From IMG/VR virus record IMGVR_UViG_3300025133_000072, positions 11,721-75,720 of that record: a stretch of DNA of 64,000 nt; one strand, 5' to 3'. Made by a program: the position numbers and the translations under genes. This DNA is from a virus. This document shows, in pieces, positions 19,199-28,737 of the stretch (the first letter of the stretch is position 1; each line of letters begins with the position of its first letter). Below the pieces are notes generated by a model, which searched no databases, was not told where the DNA came from, and saw only the letters and a program-made list of their open reading frames with translations.

Positions 19199-19788
19199 AA
19201 TTAGAAGTAGGCAGCATTGTAAATTATGATTTTTTATCCGCACGTTATGACGAGTACGTACTTCAGATCCTGGGGGTTCAATCCGGGGAAGGGGATTTCC
19301 TTAAGCTGGGATCTCCTGATGAAGACAAGAACGATCAGTTCAAGATCATGAAGCTCATGCCTTCGATTCGAGAATATGAAAAATTGAGAGATAAGCTCTA
19401 CTTGTTTTCTATTGGAGGGACTTACGATTTCATTGAGGCCAAGGTTCTGAACTTTGCTGATGAGATTGTTGTTATGGAGGATGTCCCAGCCACGATCAGG
19501 AGGGCTATTCAAAACGCCGTTCGGGAAACTCGCATTCTGGGGCTTATGCTTCGACAAGAACACAGGAACCAGGAGCTTCATGGACATCCTAAGATTGATG
19601 AGAGGGGTTGGATTGACCGGGACCAGGATATCCCTCACGAGGAACTTCAAGAGGTTTGTGATACAATAGAGGATATTGTGGCATATTTCCCACCAGAAAT
19701 AGGAACGACGATGACCCAGATCCAAAAATCATTATCGGTAATGGGCAAGGGAGATGAGAACAAAGGTTTCTTAAAAAGTCTGCTTTAA
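19195..19788 (+). CDS. Hypothetical protein
   Basis: SD AGGAGG, ATGA overlap. Confidence 0.65.
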   Translation: MKLEVGSIVNYDFLSARYDEYVLQILGVQSGEGDFLKLGSPDEDKNDQFKIMKLMPSIREYEKLRDKLYLFSIGGTYDFIEAKVLNFADEIVVMEDVPATIRRAIQNAVRETRILGLMLRQEHRNQELHGHPKIDERGWIDRDQDIPHEELQEVCDTIEDIVAYFPPEIGTTMTQIQKSLSVMGKGDENKGFLKSLL

Positions 19789-19789
19789 C

Positions 19790-19904
19790 AGCACCTGTCC
19801 AACCCACTGACAGGACTCCAATCAACTTGACCCACGAGTTGATTAAACCTCTAAGTTCTTCTAGAACCTACTTGAGAGGCTCGGAAACGGGCCTCTCTTT
19901 GTTT
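19790..19904 (+). ncRNA. Candidate multi-hairpin RNA ending in a GAAA-loop terminator
   Basis: Hairpins cctgtc/gacagg and aatcaactt/gagttgatt, both with ACCCAC loops; a third stem; terminator gagaggctcg-gaaa-cgggcctctc-ttt. Confidence 0.45.
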
Positions 19905-19914
19905 ATCTTAGAAA

Positions 19915-20012
19915 TGTTCCTTTCTAATACAAACTACCTATTCTTATAGAAACGTGTTATAATATATATGTAGGTGGGAAGAAGAGATAAGAACTCAGGA
20001 GGTTCAGATGAA
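19915..20012 (+). repeat. 98-bp direct repeat copy 1 (promoter-leader-RBS-ATG)
   Basis: Identical to 20307..20404; contains TGTTATAAT and AGGAGG. Confidence 0.95.
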
Positions 20013-20256
20013 TTTAACAAATTTAGAGACTATCGTTTTCGAAGCAATTAGTAAAAACTCCAATCCCCATTACATGGAGTGTATCGATATATTGGATCTG
20101 GAGATACTAACCCGTATCACTTCCAAGGTACTTCGTGGGGTTATATCTTCCCTCGTAAAAAAAGATTTAATTGAGGTTGAGAAGTGGCACAACGGTAATA
20201 GAAAAGCAGAATATTACTGGAACAGAAAAGAAGCGATAGTAGCATTTAGCATTTAA
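20008..20256 (+). CDS. Small winged-helix-like protein
   Basis: ITSKVLRGVISSLVKKDLI pattern; followed by a terminator at about 20274-20301. Confidence 0.65.
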   Translation: MNLTNLETIVFEAISKNSNPHYMECIDILDLEILTRITSKVLRGVISSLVKKDLIEVEKWHNGNRKAEYYWNRKEAIVAFSI

Positions 20257-20306
20257 CCTTTAATAAATTCCTCAAGCTCCTGTTGAAAGACAGGGGCTTT
20301 TACTTT

Positions 20307-20404
20307 TGTTCCTTTCTAATACAAACTACCTATTCTTATAGAAACGTGTTATAATATATATGTAGGTGGGAAGAAGAGATAAGAACTCAGGAGGTTCAGA
20401 TGAA
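20307..20404 (+). repeat. 98-bp direct repeat copy 2
   Basis: Identical to 19915..20012. Confidence 0.95.
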
Positions 20405-20645
20405 AATGATGATAATAGGAGGAAACTTTTACGTAGTGTTAGAAGGTACGACGTTATACACCAAGCCCTTATGTGCTACGGTTGATTTCCCTTTTGAAGA
20501 CGGGATGTTGTGGGACATGCCTCTTACAGAAGGAGACGAGCTTATTGAAGTAACGGCGGTAGAGGAAGAGGATGCAGGGATTCTGGTGCTTATCAATAAA
20601 CACTTCGGAACTAATTTCAAGTTTGAAGACTTTGCGGGGAGATAA
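20400..20645 (+). CDS. Small acidic cassette protein
   Basis: Starts within repeat copy 2; followed by the terminator ggggcctg-gaaa-cgggtcc-tttt. Confidence 0.65.
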   Translation: MKMMIIGGNFYVVLEGTTLYTKPLCATVDFPFEDGMLWDMPLTEGDELIEVTAVEEEDAGILVLINKHFGTNFKFEDFAGR

Positions 20646-20748
20646 ATCAAAGGAAAATGATTGGGGCCTGGAAACGGGTCCTTTTCTGTTATATAAGACT
20701 TGACATATTCTCTTAGTGTTTTTTATATTAAAAGATAAAGAGGTAGCT

Positions 20749-21321
20749 ATGAAAGAATGTTCTGGATGTGGGATGGTTCGTCCCCTCGGTAAATTTCAAG
20801 ATAATGAGTACCAACCAGACGGAAAAAATTCCTGTTGCAACAAGTGCTTAGAAATTCCTGATAGCTTGAATGAGAAGCGATGTTCCCAATGTAAAAAATA
20901 CAGGGCTTTGGACCAGTATCATAAGTGTGTCAATACCAAAGACGGACTTCAAACCAAGTGCAAGTCATGCCAAAAGAAAAACGACAGAGGCCGAGAGCAA
21001 ATAAAGAGAGAAAAAGGTATGTTCATACCCGTGGCTAAGGCCCCTATTCGGGCTCCTATCGTAGGTGGGCTGAACCCTTCGCATAAAGCTGAAACTTTGT
21101 TTGACGGGAATATTTATGTTCAACAGTGTTTTCCTGGTATGAAGGGGGTTTCTTTTGCTGACCCAGCCCCTCCAGCCAAACGAAAAAGAGGACGACCTAA
21201 GAAAGAGAAAACCAAAATGTGCCTCAAGTGTGCCAAAGTCCTCACCAAAGAATATTTTGAGAATGAGGAATGGATTTGTTCTGGGTGCCGGGATATGCCC
21301 TTGGTGGCTTTTGGTACATGA
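20749..21321 (+). CDS. Multi-zinc-ribbon protein with an AT-hook-like motif
   Basis: Three CxxC...CxxC units and KRKRGRPKK; no HNH core seen. Confidence 0.65.
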   Translation: MKECSGCGMVRPLGKFQDNEYQPDGKNSCCNKCLEIPDSLNEKRCSQCKKYRALDQYHKCVNTKDGLQTKCKSCQKKNDRGREQIKREKGMFIPVAKAPIRAPIVGGLNPSHKAETLFDGNIYVQQCFPGMKGVSFADPAPPAKRKRGRPKKEKTKMCLKCAKVLTKEYFENEEWICSGCRDMPLVAFGT

Positions 21322-21842
21322 CCCCTCTCAGATTTTATGCCGGGATAGGCTCTAGACAGACCCCTGATGAAGTCCTAATCAAAATGAAGAGGATGGCTTC
21401 TTTATTAGAGAGGCTTGGATTCATTCTAAGATCGGGAGGAGCTAATGGGGCTGACTCTGCTTTTGAATCTGGAGTTGAATCTGATCTCAATCAAGAGATC
21501 TATCTTCCCTGGAAAGGGTTTAATGGAAATCGATCTGATTTATACACTCAGCCTATACGGATAAGACGTTTAGTAGAACGTGTTTTTCCTCCTGCAAAAA
21601 CAGTGGCGGTAGAAAGGTTTCAAAGAAGGAATGCACAACAAATTCTAGGCTATCATGGATACCCAGAGAGCAAAGTTTCGTTTGTTCTTTGTTGGACTCC
21701 TCAAGGACGAGGATCAGGTGGAACGGGAATGGCTCTTAGAATAGCTCGAAGATATCAGGTTCCTGTCTTTGACATGGGAAAGGAAGAGGTTGGACATCCT
21801 GAACTTTTTATAAGGAAAATCTTAGCTCATATTGCACTATGA
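21318..21842 (+). CDS. DprA/SLOG-superfamily protein
   Basis: YAGIGSRQTP...LRSGGANGADSAFE...GGTGMA. Confidence 0.8.
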   Translation: MTPLRFYAGIGSRQTPDEVLIKMKRMASLLERLGFILRSGGANGADSAFESGVESDLNQEIYLPWKGFNGNRSDLYTQPIRIRRLVERVFPPAKTVAVERFQRRNAQQILGYHGYPESKVSFVLCWTPQGRGSGGTGMALRIARRYQVPVFDMGKEEVGHPELFIRKILAHIAL

Positions 21843-22735
21843 AACAATTCAATGTTCTTTCTTTCTACCAGGATTACAGAATTTCAGTAGCTCCTGATGG
21901 TCATAAACATGCTCGGTTTGGTTGGATTCAAATCCCCTGTCCTTTCTGCACAGGAAACCCTGGATATCATTTAGGCTTCAAAGAGGACAAAGGATATTTC
22001 AATTGCTGGCGCTGCGGATTTCATTCGATTAAAGAAGTGATCAAAGAACTCCTGGACTGTAACTGGAAGAAAGCCAAACAAGTTTATGACGAGTACCTGG
22101 AGAGAGTTGGCCGGGTAGTGGATAAGGCTGAATTAGTTGAGAATCGAATCCTCTTACTTCCAGAAGGAACAGCTCCTTTGCAAAAGATCCACAAGAAGTA
22201 TTTGACCTCCAGGGGATTTGAATCCTGGGTAGAGGAACTGTTTGATCTTAAAGGGACTTCTTACTTCGGTCCCTATAGTCACAGGATCATTGCTCCTATT
22301 TATTACAGAGGGCAATTGGTGTCCTATCAAAGTCGAGACTACACAGGGAAGACAGACATGCGTTGGAAGGCTTGTAGTGACTCTCACGAACTCCTATCAC
22401 ATAAAACAATGGTCTATGGATCTGATTTGGTTCCCACTTCAGTCGCTATTGTCGTAGAAGGGATCTCAGATGTCTGGAAGATAGGTCCTGGGGCTGTAGC
22501 AACGTCCGGGGTCGAATACAAGACAGAACAGGTGCGTTTCCTTGCCAAGCATTTCTCGAAGCTTTATGTAATGTTTGATAATGATTCTGCGGGAAGAAGA
22601 GCGGGTAAATCTTTGAGGGCTGAGTTAGAATTTAGAGGAGTAGAGACAGAAAGTATCCCAGTTAAATCAGATCCTGGAGACATGGAACAAGAAGAGATCC
22701 AGGAGCTTTTAAATAAATACAAAATCCTGGGATAA
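21839..22735 (+). CDS. DNA primase (Zn finger + TOPRIM)
   Basis: CPFC...CWRC, VEGISD, FDNDSAG, SDPGD. Confidence 0.9.
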   Translation: MKQFNVLSFYQDYRISVAPDGHKHARFGWIQIPCPFCTGNPGYHLGFKEDKGYFNCWRCGFHSIKEVIKELLDCNWKKAKQVYDEYLERVGRVVDKAELVENRILLLPEGTAPLQKIHKKYLTSRGFESWVEELFDLKGTSYFGPYSHRIIAPIYYRGQLVSYQSRDYTGKTDMRWKACSDSHELLSHKTMVYGSDLVPTSVAIVVEGISDVWKIGPGAVATSGVEYKTEQVRFLAKHFSKLYVMFDNDSAGRRAGKSLRAELEFRGVETESIPVKSDPGDMEQEEIQELLNKYKILG

Positions 22736-22858
22736 GAAAAAGCCCCAATTCCGGGAAAAGAACATGGGGCTTTCGGGAACAAATTGGTTTCAGTAAAGAA
22801 ACTAACTGTAAATTCATAATATAAGAAAGAAAGGACTATGTAAAGGGAGTGAGGGGAA

Positions 22859-23344
22859 TTGGATAAATTAAGGGGGATTAAAACGATTGCGGATCTAGGT
22901 TGTGGTATAGGTTATTCATCGTGGGCTTTGAAGGGTATATTCCCTCAAGCTACTGTATGGGGAACAAATTATCCTGGGTCCGATCACTTTGCCTATAGTG
23001 TACGTTTAGGTGCAAAAAAAGGGTTTCAAGTATATGAAGAAATACCAGAGGGAGCGGGGAAAATTGATTTCCTTTTCGCTTCCGAATTCTTCGAGCATCT
23101 AAGAGAGCCTTTCCATTACTTAAGACGCTTCATCCAAAACCACAAACCTAAATTTTGTTATATAGCTAATGCGTTCAATACAATATCTGTTGGTCATTTT
23201 ATTGAATACAGAGATGGGCCTGATTTAATCTCGCAGGAGAGTGCTAGTAGATATTTTAATCAGATATTAAAAGATGCGGGTTACTCTAAACTGAAAACAA
23301 ACTTGTGGAATAATCGACCCTCTCTGTGGCAAAGAGGAGATTAA
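22859..23344 (+). CDS. Class I SAM-dependent methyltransferase-like protein
   Basis: IADLGCGIG, SEFFEHL. Confidence 0.7.
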   Translation: MDKLRGIKTIADLGCGIGYSSWALKGIFPQATVWGTNYPGSDHFAYSVRLGAKKGFQVYEEIPEGAGKIDFLFASEFFEHLREPFHYLRRFIQNHKPKFCYIANAFNTISVGHFIEYRDGPDLISQESASRYFNQILKDAGYSKLKTNLWNNRPSLWQRGD

Positions 23345-23348
23345 AACA

Positions 23349-23681
23349 ATGAGAGATATAATATGCTCAAACTGCTTTGGAACAGGTTTAGAGGACAGAT
23401 ATTGGGCCACAAGTGGTTCTTGTGTTACGTGTACAGGAAAAGGAGCAATTAACATGTGGACAAAATTGGACGAGAAAATATGGGATTTACCTCAGCTTAC
23501 GGTCATTTGTATAAGGGGATTAGGCATACCCAAAACCTATCAATATGATCCTGGTTACGGGCTTCTCTCTGTCCAGGGACATGGATTGATTACAAAGACT
23601 AAGCTTCCTGAAATCATAAAGCGGAGTGAGCTAGAGGGAAAGATCCTTGAATATATTGTTGTACAAGAAGGGGTAGCATGA
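23349..23681 (+). CDS. Protein with a DnaJ-like CxxCxGxG zinc finger
   Basis: CSNCFGTG...CVTCTGKG. Confidence 0.6.
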   Translation: MRDIICSNCFGTGLEDRYWATSGSCVTCTGKGAINMWTKLDEKIWDLPQLTVICIRGLGIPKTYQYDPGYGLLSVQGHGLITKTKLPEIIKRSELEGKILEYIVVQEGVA

Positions 23682-24688
23682 CCAAGAAACGCCTTTTTCC
23701 TTTAGTATGCAACAAACGATTTTGGAGGGGGTTAAATCCAGAAGACTATGAGATTTGGATAGAACAATTATTTCAACATTATAGAACCAAGGGGTTCCCT
23801 TATTTTCCTTTTGATGATTTAACTTTGGATCGAGAACTAAAAAAATTGGTTCTTTTTGATTATCGAAAACTAATTGACCATCAAAATAAAACTATTCGCC
23901 AATCAATGCATGGGCTTTCGTGGGCTTGGCCTTTTTTCCCTCATTCTTGGGAAGTGCGATGCGGGAAGCAGAAGACCCCATGGGAGGTGTTTAATGATGA
24001 TGATTTATTCAAACAAGTTATTCGCAAACGAACCCAGATAGGGGATAATATGTCTGATGCAGGTATCCGTAAAATCCTTAAAATATTCAGCGGAGCCCAA
24101 TCTGTAAGTAATTTTCGACCCACGGCAGCAGCTTGTGTTTATTCCATATTTTGTGATAGGGGAGACGTGGTTTGGGATATGTGCGCAGGATTTGGAGGAA
24201 GACTATTAGGAGCGTTTCTATTAGATTTGAATTACATAGGAACAGACCCTTCTTCCCACACGTACAGAGGATTGAGACTTATGGCTAAAAAATTAGGGAT
24301 GGATTCTCAGTTATGGAAAATAGGGAGTGAGTCCTATTTACCTGAAGCTCATTCTTTAGATTTCTGTTTCACGTCTCCGCCTTATTTTGATAATGAAGTA
24401 TATGCTCAAGAAGAAACCCAGAGCTGTATAAAGTACCCAAACCCAAACAAATGGATGGATCATTTTATAGGACGCACTTTTTTTAATTGCTTTATAGGAC
24501 TTAAGCCTGGAAAATTTATGGCGATTAATATAGCTGATGTTCGGTCATTCAAAGATTTAGAAAAACAATTATGTAACAAAGCCCAAGAAATAGGCTTTAT
24601 TTGGGTCGATACTTGGTTCTTGCAGTTGTCTAGATTGGGTGGGACTGGGTATAAAACAGAATCTATTTTTATTTTCCAGAAACCATAA
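23678..24688 (+). CDS. DNA amino-methyltransferase (SPPY type)
   Basis: Motif I DMCAGFGGR precedes motif IV FTSPPYF; SNFRP. Confidence 0.85.
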   Translation: MTKKRLFPLVCNKRFWRGLNPEDYEIWIEQLFQHYRTKGFPYFPFDDLTLDRELKKLVLFDYRKLIDHQNKTIRQSMHGLSWAWPFFPHSWEVRCGKQKTPWEVFNDDDLFKQVIRKRTQIGDNMSDAGIRKILKIFSGAQSVSNFRPTAAACVYSIFCDRGDVVWDMCAGFGGRLLGAFLLDLNYIGTDPSSHTYRGLRLMAKKLGMDSQLWKIGSESYLPEAHSLDFCFTSPPYFDNEVYAQEETQSCIKYPNPNKWMDHFIGRTFFNCFIGLKPGKFMAINIADVRSFKDLEKQLCNKAQEIGFIWVDTWFLQLSRLGGTGYKTESIFIFQKP

Positions 24689-24705
24689 ATAAACAAAGGG
24701 ATGGA

Positions 24706-24930
24706 ATGACCAAGAAACGCACTAGAGAAGAAGTAAGAGAAAAAATCCTGGGATTGTTGAATCCTTCAGTGAAATTGACTGTGGATCAGATCACAATACG
24801 AACTGGAATGTCGGACAGCAAGATCCGAAAAGTGCTCAAGGATCTCAAGCAGGAAGGCATCCTGGGATCTACCAAAATGCCCTTGAGCCAGAAGATGTAT
24901 TTCTTCAAAATCATTGACCAAGCCAGTTAG
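24706..24930 (+). CDS. Small winged-HTH protein
   Basis: LTVDQITIRTGMSDSKIRKVLKDLKQEGIL. Confidence 0.75.
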   Translation: MTKKRTREEVREKILGLLNPSVKLTVDQITIRTGMSDSKIRKVLKDLKQEGILGSTKMPLSQKMYFFKIIDQAS

Positions 24931-24944
24931 TTTGGTACAATAGA

Positions 24945-25105
24945 AGAACGATTATATCGAACGGAGTTGAGGCCCAGAATCCGGAATTCTGGGGTTTTAA
25001 ACCGAGGGACAAGTTCTACCTACTTACTCCGGGGTAGACACCATATCGATCTTGTCCCGAAGCCTCTTTTTCACCAGATATGGGGTGAGTAGCGGAACCC
25101 CTGGA
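24945..25105 (+). ncRNA. Structured leader RNA of the replication initiator
   Basis: Promoter TTGACC-16-TACAAT at 24914-24941; nested stems gaggc/gcctc, cccagaat/attctggg, gggacaag/cttgtccc, tctacc/ggtaga. Confidence 0.55.
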
Positions 25106-25149
25106 CAATTAAATAAGTTTTATTTTAGGACTCAGGAGGGGTATACCCT

Positions 25150-26592
25150 GTGAATTTGTGCAATCAATTGAAAGAAATTGTAGAGAATCAGACTATAGAA
25201 AAGAGGGAGCTTATGCCTTTGGATGTGTTCTACGATCCCGATTTATCCTTACAAGCCAAGATGGTTTATGCCTGTATTGTGGATGCCTGGAACTCTAATA
25301 ATGGGGTATGTAACAAGTCCGTTCGAAGCCTTGCTTTGTTTGCTCATGTGTCCAAATCAAGGATAAGTGAGTACATAAAAGAATTGGAAGATAAGGAATA
25401 TATCCACATTGAAAGGAACCACAGAACAGCCTTAGCTATCCTTCCAAAAGAGCCTAATGATAAGAGGGAAGCGCTCAAAATAGTGCGAAATCAGATAAAG
25501 GCAGCTCTTCCCTCTGTAAAGGAAGAAGGGGAAAAGCACTGGATGAGGATCGGCTCTGAGAAAGGGATTGAGGAGGTACTGTCCCTGAAAGAGGACAGAC
25601 GGATGAAAATACCCTATCCGACCGCCCCCAAAGAGGACAGAGCAAAAAACACCGCCCCCAAAGAGGACAGAGCACTACTCTCTGTCCCCCAAAGAGGACA
25701 AGACTCACATTTTCATAATAGAATTGAGGGTTTTTTGTCATGGCCTCCAAAGAGGACAGAGCAAGAAGAAAATGAAGCTTTGCGCCCCCAAAGAGGACAA
25801 GACCCACAAAAACTAGATAATACTGGATTTTCTGTATGGAGCTTCCGAGATTCCGAACAGTCGATTTTAACGAGAAAAACCCCTTATAAGAAAGATCATT
25901 CAATATCCCCTTTATATGGGAATATCTCCTCTGTCGAGGATCTATTCCTTGTTATGGAAAATTCCATAACGTGTATGAAATTATATTTTTCTTCATTAAA
26001 TTCAGAAAAACAACCTCCAGGCAAGCAAACTCCTTTTGAAATAACTAACAATATAAAACCCCTATCTGTAGCCTTTCCCCAGCTAAGTCTCTTAGAGCAC
26101 CTCAAGTCTCTTAGTGATCTCATTTCTAATAGAGATGGGGTTACGGTACAGCCCCCTCATCCGAAACCGAAATTGGTTGGCCCTTCGAATCGGGTGAAGT
26201 CGATTGACCCAGAAGGAAAATTCCGAGAAGTGGTTTTGGAGTTTTACTCGGAGGCGAGACAGGGGGGACTGATCGAGCGAGTGGACGATTCCCTGATTGA
26301 CCGATCCATCGTCCAGCTCGAACTCCTCCACCGCAAAGACAAATTCCCGATTGAGAAGATTCGGGAGGTCCTCCTCTGGGGGTTGACGGATACGTTTTGG
26401 TGCGATAAGATTTCATCGTTAGCAAATATTCGAAAGAAGTCATCGAGCAACGGGAAATTGAAATTTGTAAATCTCTTGGACGGAATGGGAAAGGACAAAG
26501 CAGGGACAACCAAGAATTTTCAAAGTCAAATTGGTTCGAAGACTAAATCAAAACCCTACACCTACCACCGAGGAGGAATGGGTAAGGGCTGA
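25150..26592 (+). CDS. Phage replication initiator (N-terminal HTH, internal iterons, C-terminal DnaD/O-like domain)
   Basis: DPDLSLQAKMVY, SKSRISEYIKELEDKEYI, DTFWCDKISSLANIRKK; lies upstream of a DnaC-like gene. Confidence 0.8.
   Translation: MNLCNQLKEIVENQTIEKRELMPLDVFYDPDLSLQAKMVYACIVDAWNSNNGVCNKSVRSLALFAHVSKSRISEYIKELEDKEYIHIERNHRTALAILPKEPNDKREALKIVRNQIKAALPSVKEEGEKHWMRIGSEKGIEEVLSLKEDRRMKIPYPTAPKEDRAKNTAPKEDRALLSVPQRGQDSHFHNRIEGFLSWPPKRTEQEENEALRPQRGQDPQKLDNTGFSVWSFRDSEQSILTRKTPYKKDHSISPLYGNISSVEDLFLVMENSITCMKLYFSSLNSEKQPPGKQTPFEITNNIKPLSVAFPQLSLLEHLKSLSDLISNRDGVTVQPPHPKPKLVGPSNRVKSIDPEGKFREVVLEFYSEARQGGLIERVDDSLIDRSIVQLELLHRKDKFPIEKIREVLLWGLTDTFWCDKISSLANIRKKSSSNGKLKFVNLLDGMGKDKAGTTKNFQSQIGSKTKSKPYTYHRGGMGKG
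25583..25803 (+). repeat. Six iterons (CCCCCAAAGAGGACA consensus), probable replication origin
   Basis: Copies at about 25583, 25625, 25655, 25686, 25744 and 25785, read in all three frames. Confidence 0.8.
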
Positions 26593-26615
26593 GAAGCCGG
26601 AGGGCTGGGAACAAA

Positions 26616-27173
26616 TTGAACCAAGACGAGCTTGATCGAATTGTACAGGAAAAAATAAGGGAAGCCGGAATACCACCAAGATTCCAAAAAGCAAAACTAG
26701 AGGACTTCCCAAAAAAGATTCAAACTGAAGCGAAGGAAAACCGACAAGGGCTTTTTATAGCCGGACCAGTCGGATCGGGCAAGTCCCATCTTCTAGCTTC
26801 CATCCTCATTGATCACTTAGGCAGGGCTCCCTTTTTGAAGTACAGCTTTGTCTCAACTACCGATCTTCTACACAACCTCAGAAGTGAGGAATTTTCCGGG
26901 ACAACTTTCGACACCCTGGATAAGGTCAAATATTGTGACGCTCTTTATTTAGATGATTTTGCAGCGCACACATTATCTCCCTGGAAATACCAGGAACTGT
27001 TCACTATCATTAACCATCGTTATGCTCACATGCTTCCTACTTGGGTTACATCTAATTCGAGCTTACAGGATTTGTATGAGGGTGATTACGAGCGCTTAGC
27101 TTCTCGATTCAGTGAGATGTGTAAGAGCCTTGTATTAGATGGAAATGATAAGAGAGCAGTCAATGAGTATTGA
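26616..27173 (+). CDS. DnaC/IstB-like helicase loader
   Basis: GIPPRF, GPVGSGKSHL, LYLDDF, IINHRY, TSN, RLASRF. Confidence 0.9.
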   Translation: MNQDELDRIVQEKIREAGIPPRFQKAKLEDFPKKIQTEAKENRQGLFIAGPVGSGKSHLLASILIDHLGRAPFLKYSFVSTTDLLHNLRSEEFSGTTFDTLDKVKYCDALYLDDFAAHTLSPWKYQELFTIINHRYAHMLPTWVTSNSSLQDLYEGDYERLASRFSEMCKSLVLDGNDKRAVNEY

Positions 27174-28737
27174 ACGCAGAATAGTAACGGGACTCATTGT
27201 TTCGGCCTCTTACATAGAGGACTTCATCAAAATCTACCACTCAGATTATATCGATTCTGAGTCAGCCGAAACCCTTATTAGCTGGGTGCTCGATTACTTT
27301 TCCAAACACAAGAAAGCTCCTGAGAGAAAAATAGAAGAACTCTTTCAGTCGAAGCTGTCCACAGGCAAGATCCAGAGCAAGGAAGTAGAGCAGGATATAG
27401 CCGAGATCCTCGAAGGACTCTCCAGAGATTACGAACGAACTTACGCTGATTTTGATCCCGCTATCCTCATCGAGGACACAGAGAACTATTTCCAGAAACA
27501 GCAGCTCATTATGCTCAAGGAGGATATTGGGGAGTGTCTGGATAAGGGAGATGTTCCAGAGGCTCACAAGCTCTTAGCTGAGACAAAGCCTGTCAAGCTC
27601 ATTTCGGTTTCCAGTGGAAAGCTTCTGGAGAACAAGGAGGCTGTGTTTGGGGCCTTTGACATGAACTACGAACCCTTGATTCGTTTCGGAGGCGCTTTAG
27701 GCGAATTATTGGATCATCAATTTGTCAGAGACTCGTTTGTAGGTATCACAGCTCCTGAGAAAAGAGGAAAATCCTTCTGGCTTCAGGAGGTGGCTTTCCA
27801 GGCCCATCGATCAGGTAGTTCTGTTGTTTATTTTGAAGTGGGGGATATGACAGAGAAGCAGATTTTGAGAAGGATGGGAGTTTCCCTTTCAGGCAGGCAC
27901 TACATGGAAAAATATTGCCGACCGGATTACATTCCTACCCTCGATTGTACCCATTCCCAAATGGGTTCTTGCACACGAGATGAGTTTATCACCAGAGATC
28001 ACTATCCCTTCAAAGAGTACAAGAAATCTCAGATCGGCAAACTCTCGTACTGGGATTTGATTGGTTCTGTGAAGTCTTTTGATCAGTACAAGAGTTGCAC
28101 AGCTTGTCGAGATTGTAAGAAGTCAGATTTCGATCCTGCTCTTTGGTATTGGCTCAGAGGCAAACAAGAGCCTTTGACTAAGGAAGATGCTTGGGAATTA
28201 TTCCAAAGACAGTTAGAGCGTTATGGTAATAATTTTCGGGTGGAGATCTTCCCCAGGAATTTAACCACAGTCGAGGATCTTCACACATTGCTACAGGAGT
28301 GGGAAAGAACTCAGAATTTTGTGCCTGATGTGGTTGTGATCGATTACGCCGACGTACTGGCTCCTGAGAAGGGTCAGAGGGACGGGAGAGATGTTCACAA
28401 TGAAAGATGGGGAAGGCTTCGGAGATTGAGCCAGGATTGGAGTTCTTGTGTGGTTACAGCTACTCAATCCAATTCCATGGGAAGTCAGGCTTCTAATTTG
28501 ACTGATCAGCATTTCTCAGAAGATAAACGAAAAAATTCTCATGTTACTGGAATGGTTGTTTTGAATCAGGATTTAGTTGAGAAGAAAAAAGGGCTCCTGC
28601 GAGTGGGGGTCACGCTTTCCAGAGAAGAGGATTTTGATCCTTTTAGTACAGTTACGGTCTTAGAGAGAAGGAGCATGGGCAGAATTTTTCTAGATTCTTA
28701 TCCGACCCCTATTGACAACCAGTTCAAATCTAAGTAA
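27163..28737 (+). CDS. DnaB-like replicative helicase with a Cys-rich insertion
   Basis: APEKRGKS, VVIDYAD, VVTATQ, SEDKRK. Confidence 0.85.
   Translation: MSIERRIVTGLIVSASYIEDFIKIYHSDYIDSESAETLISWVLDYFSKHKKAPERKIEELFQSKLSTGKIQSKEVEQDIAEILEGLSRDYERTYADFDPAILIEDTENYFQKQQLIMLKEDIGECLDKGDVPEAHKLLAETKPVKLISVSSGKLLENKEAVFGAFDMNYEPLIRFGGALGELLDHQFVRDSFVGITAPEKRGKSFWLQEVAFQAHRSGSSVVYFEVGDMTEKQILRRMGVSLSGRHYMEKYCRPDYIPTLDCTHSQMGSCTRDEFITRDHYPFKEYKKSQIGKLSYWDLIGSVKSFDQYKSCTACRDCKKSDFDPALWYWLRGKQEPLTKEDAWELFQRQLERYGNNFRVEIFPRNLTTVEDLHTLLQEWERTQNFVPDVVVIDYADVLAPEKGQRDGRDVHNERWGRLRRLSQDWSSCVVTATQSNSMGSQASNLTDQHFSEDKRKNSHVTGMVVLNQDLVEKKKGLLRVGVTLSREEDFDPFSTVTVLERRSMGRIFLDSYPTPIDNQFKSK

Noticed and set aside
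25015-25024. 10-nt identity (tctacctact) with the leader region at 8337-8346
   Set aside because: Expected by chance at this length given the number of comparisons.
25583-25803. CRISPR-like array
   Set aside because: Repeats are short, irregularly spaced and inside an intact ORF, with no cas genes; iterons fit better.
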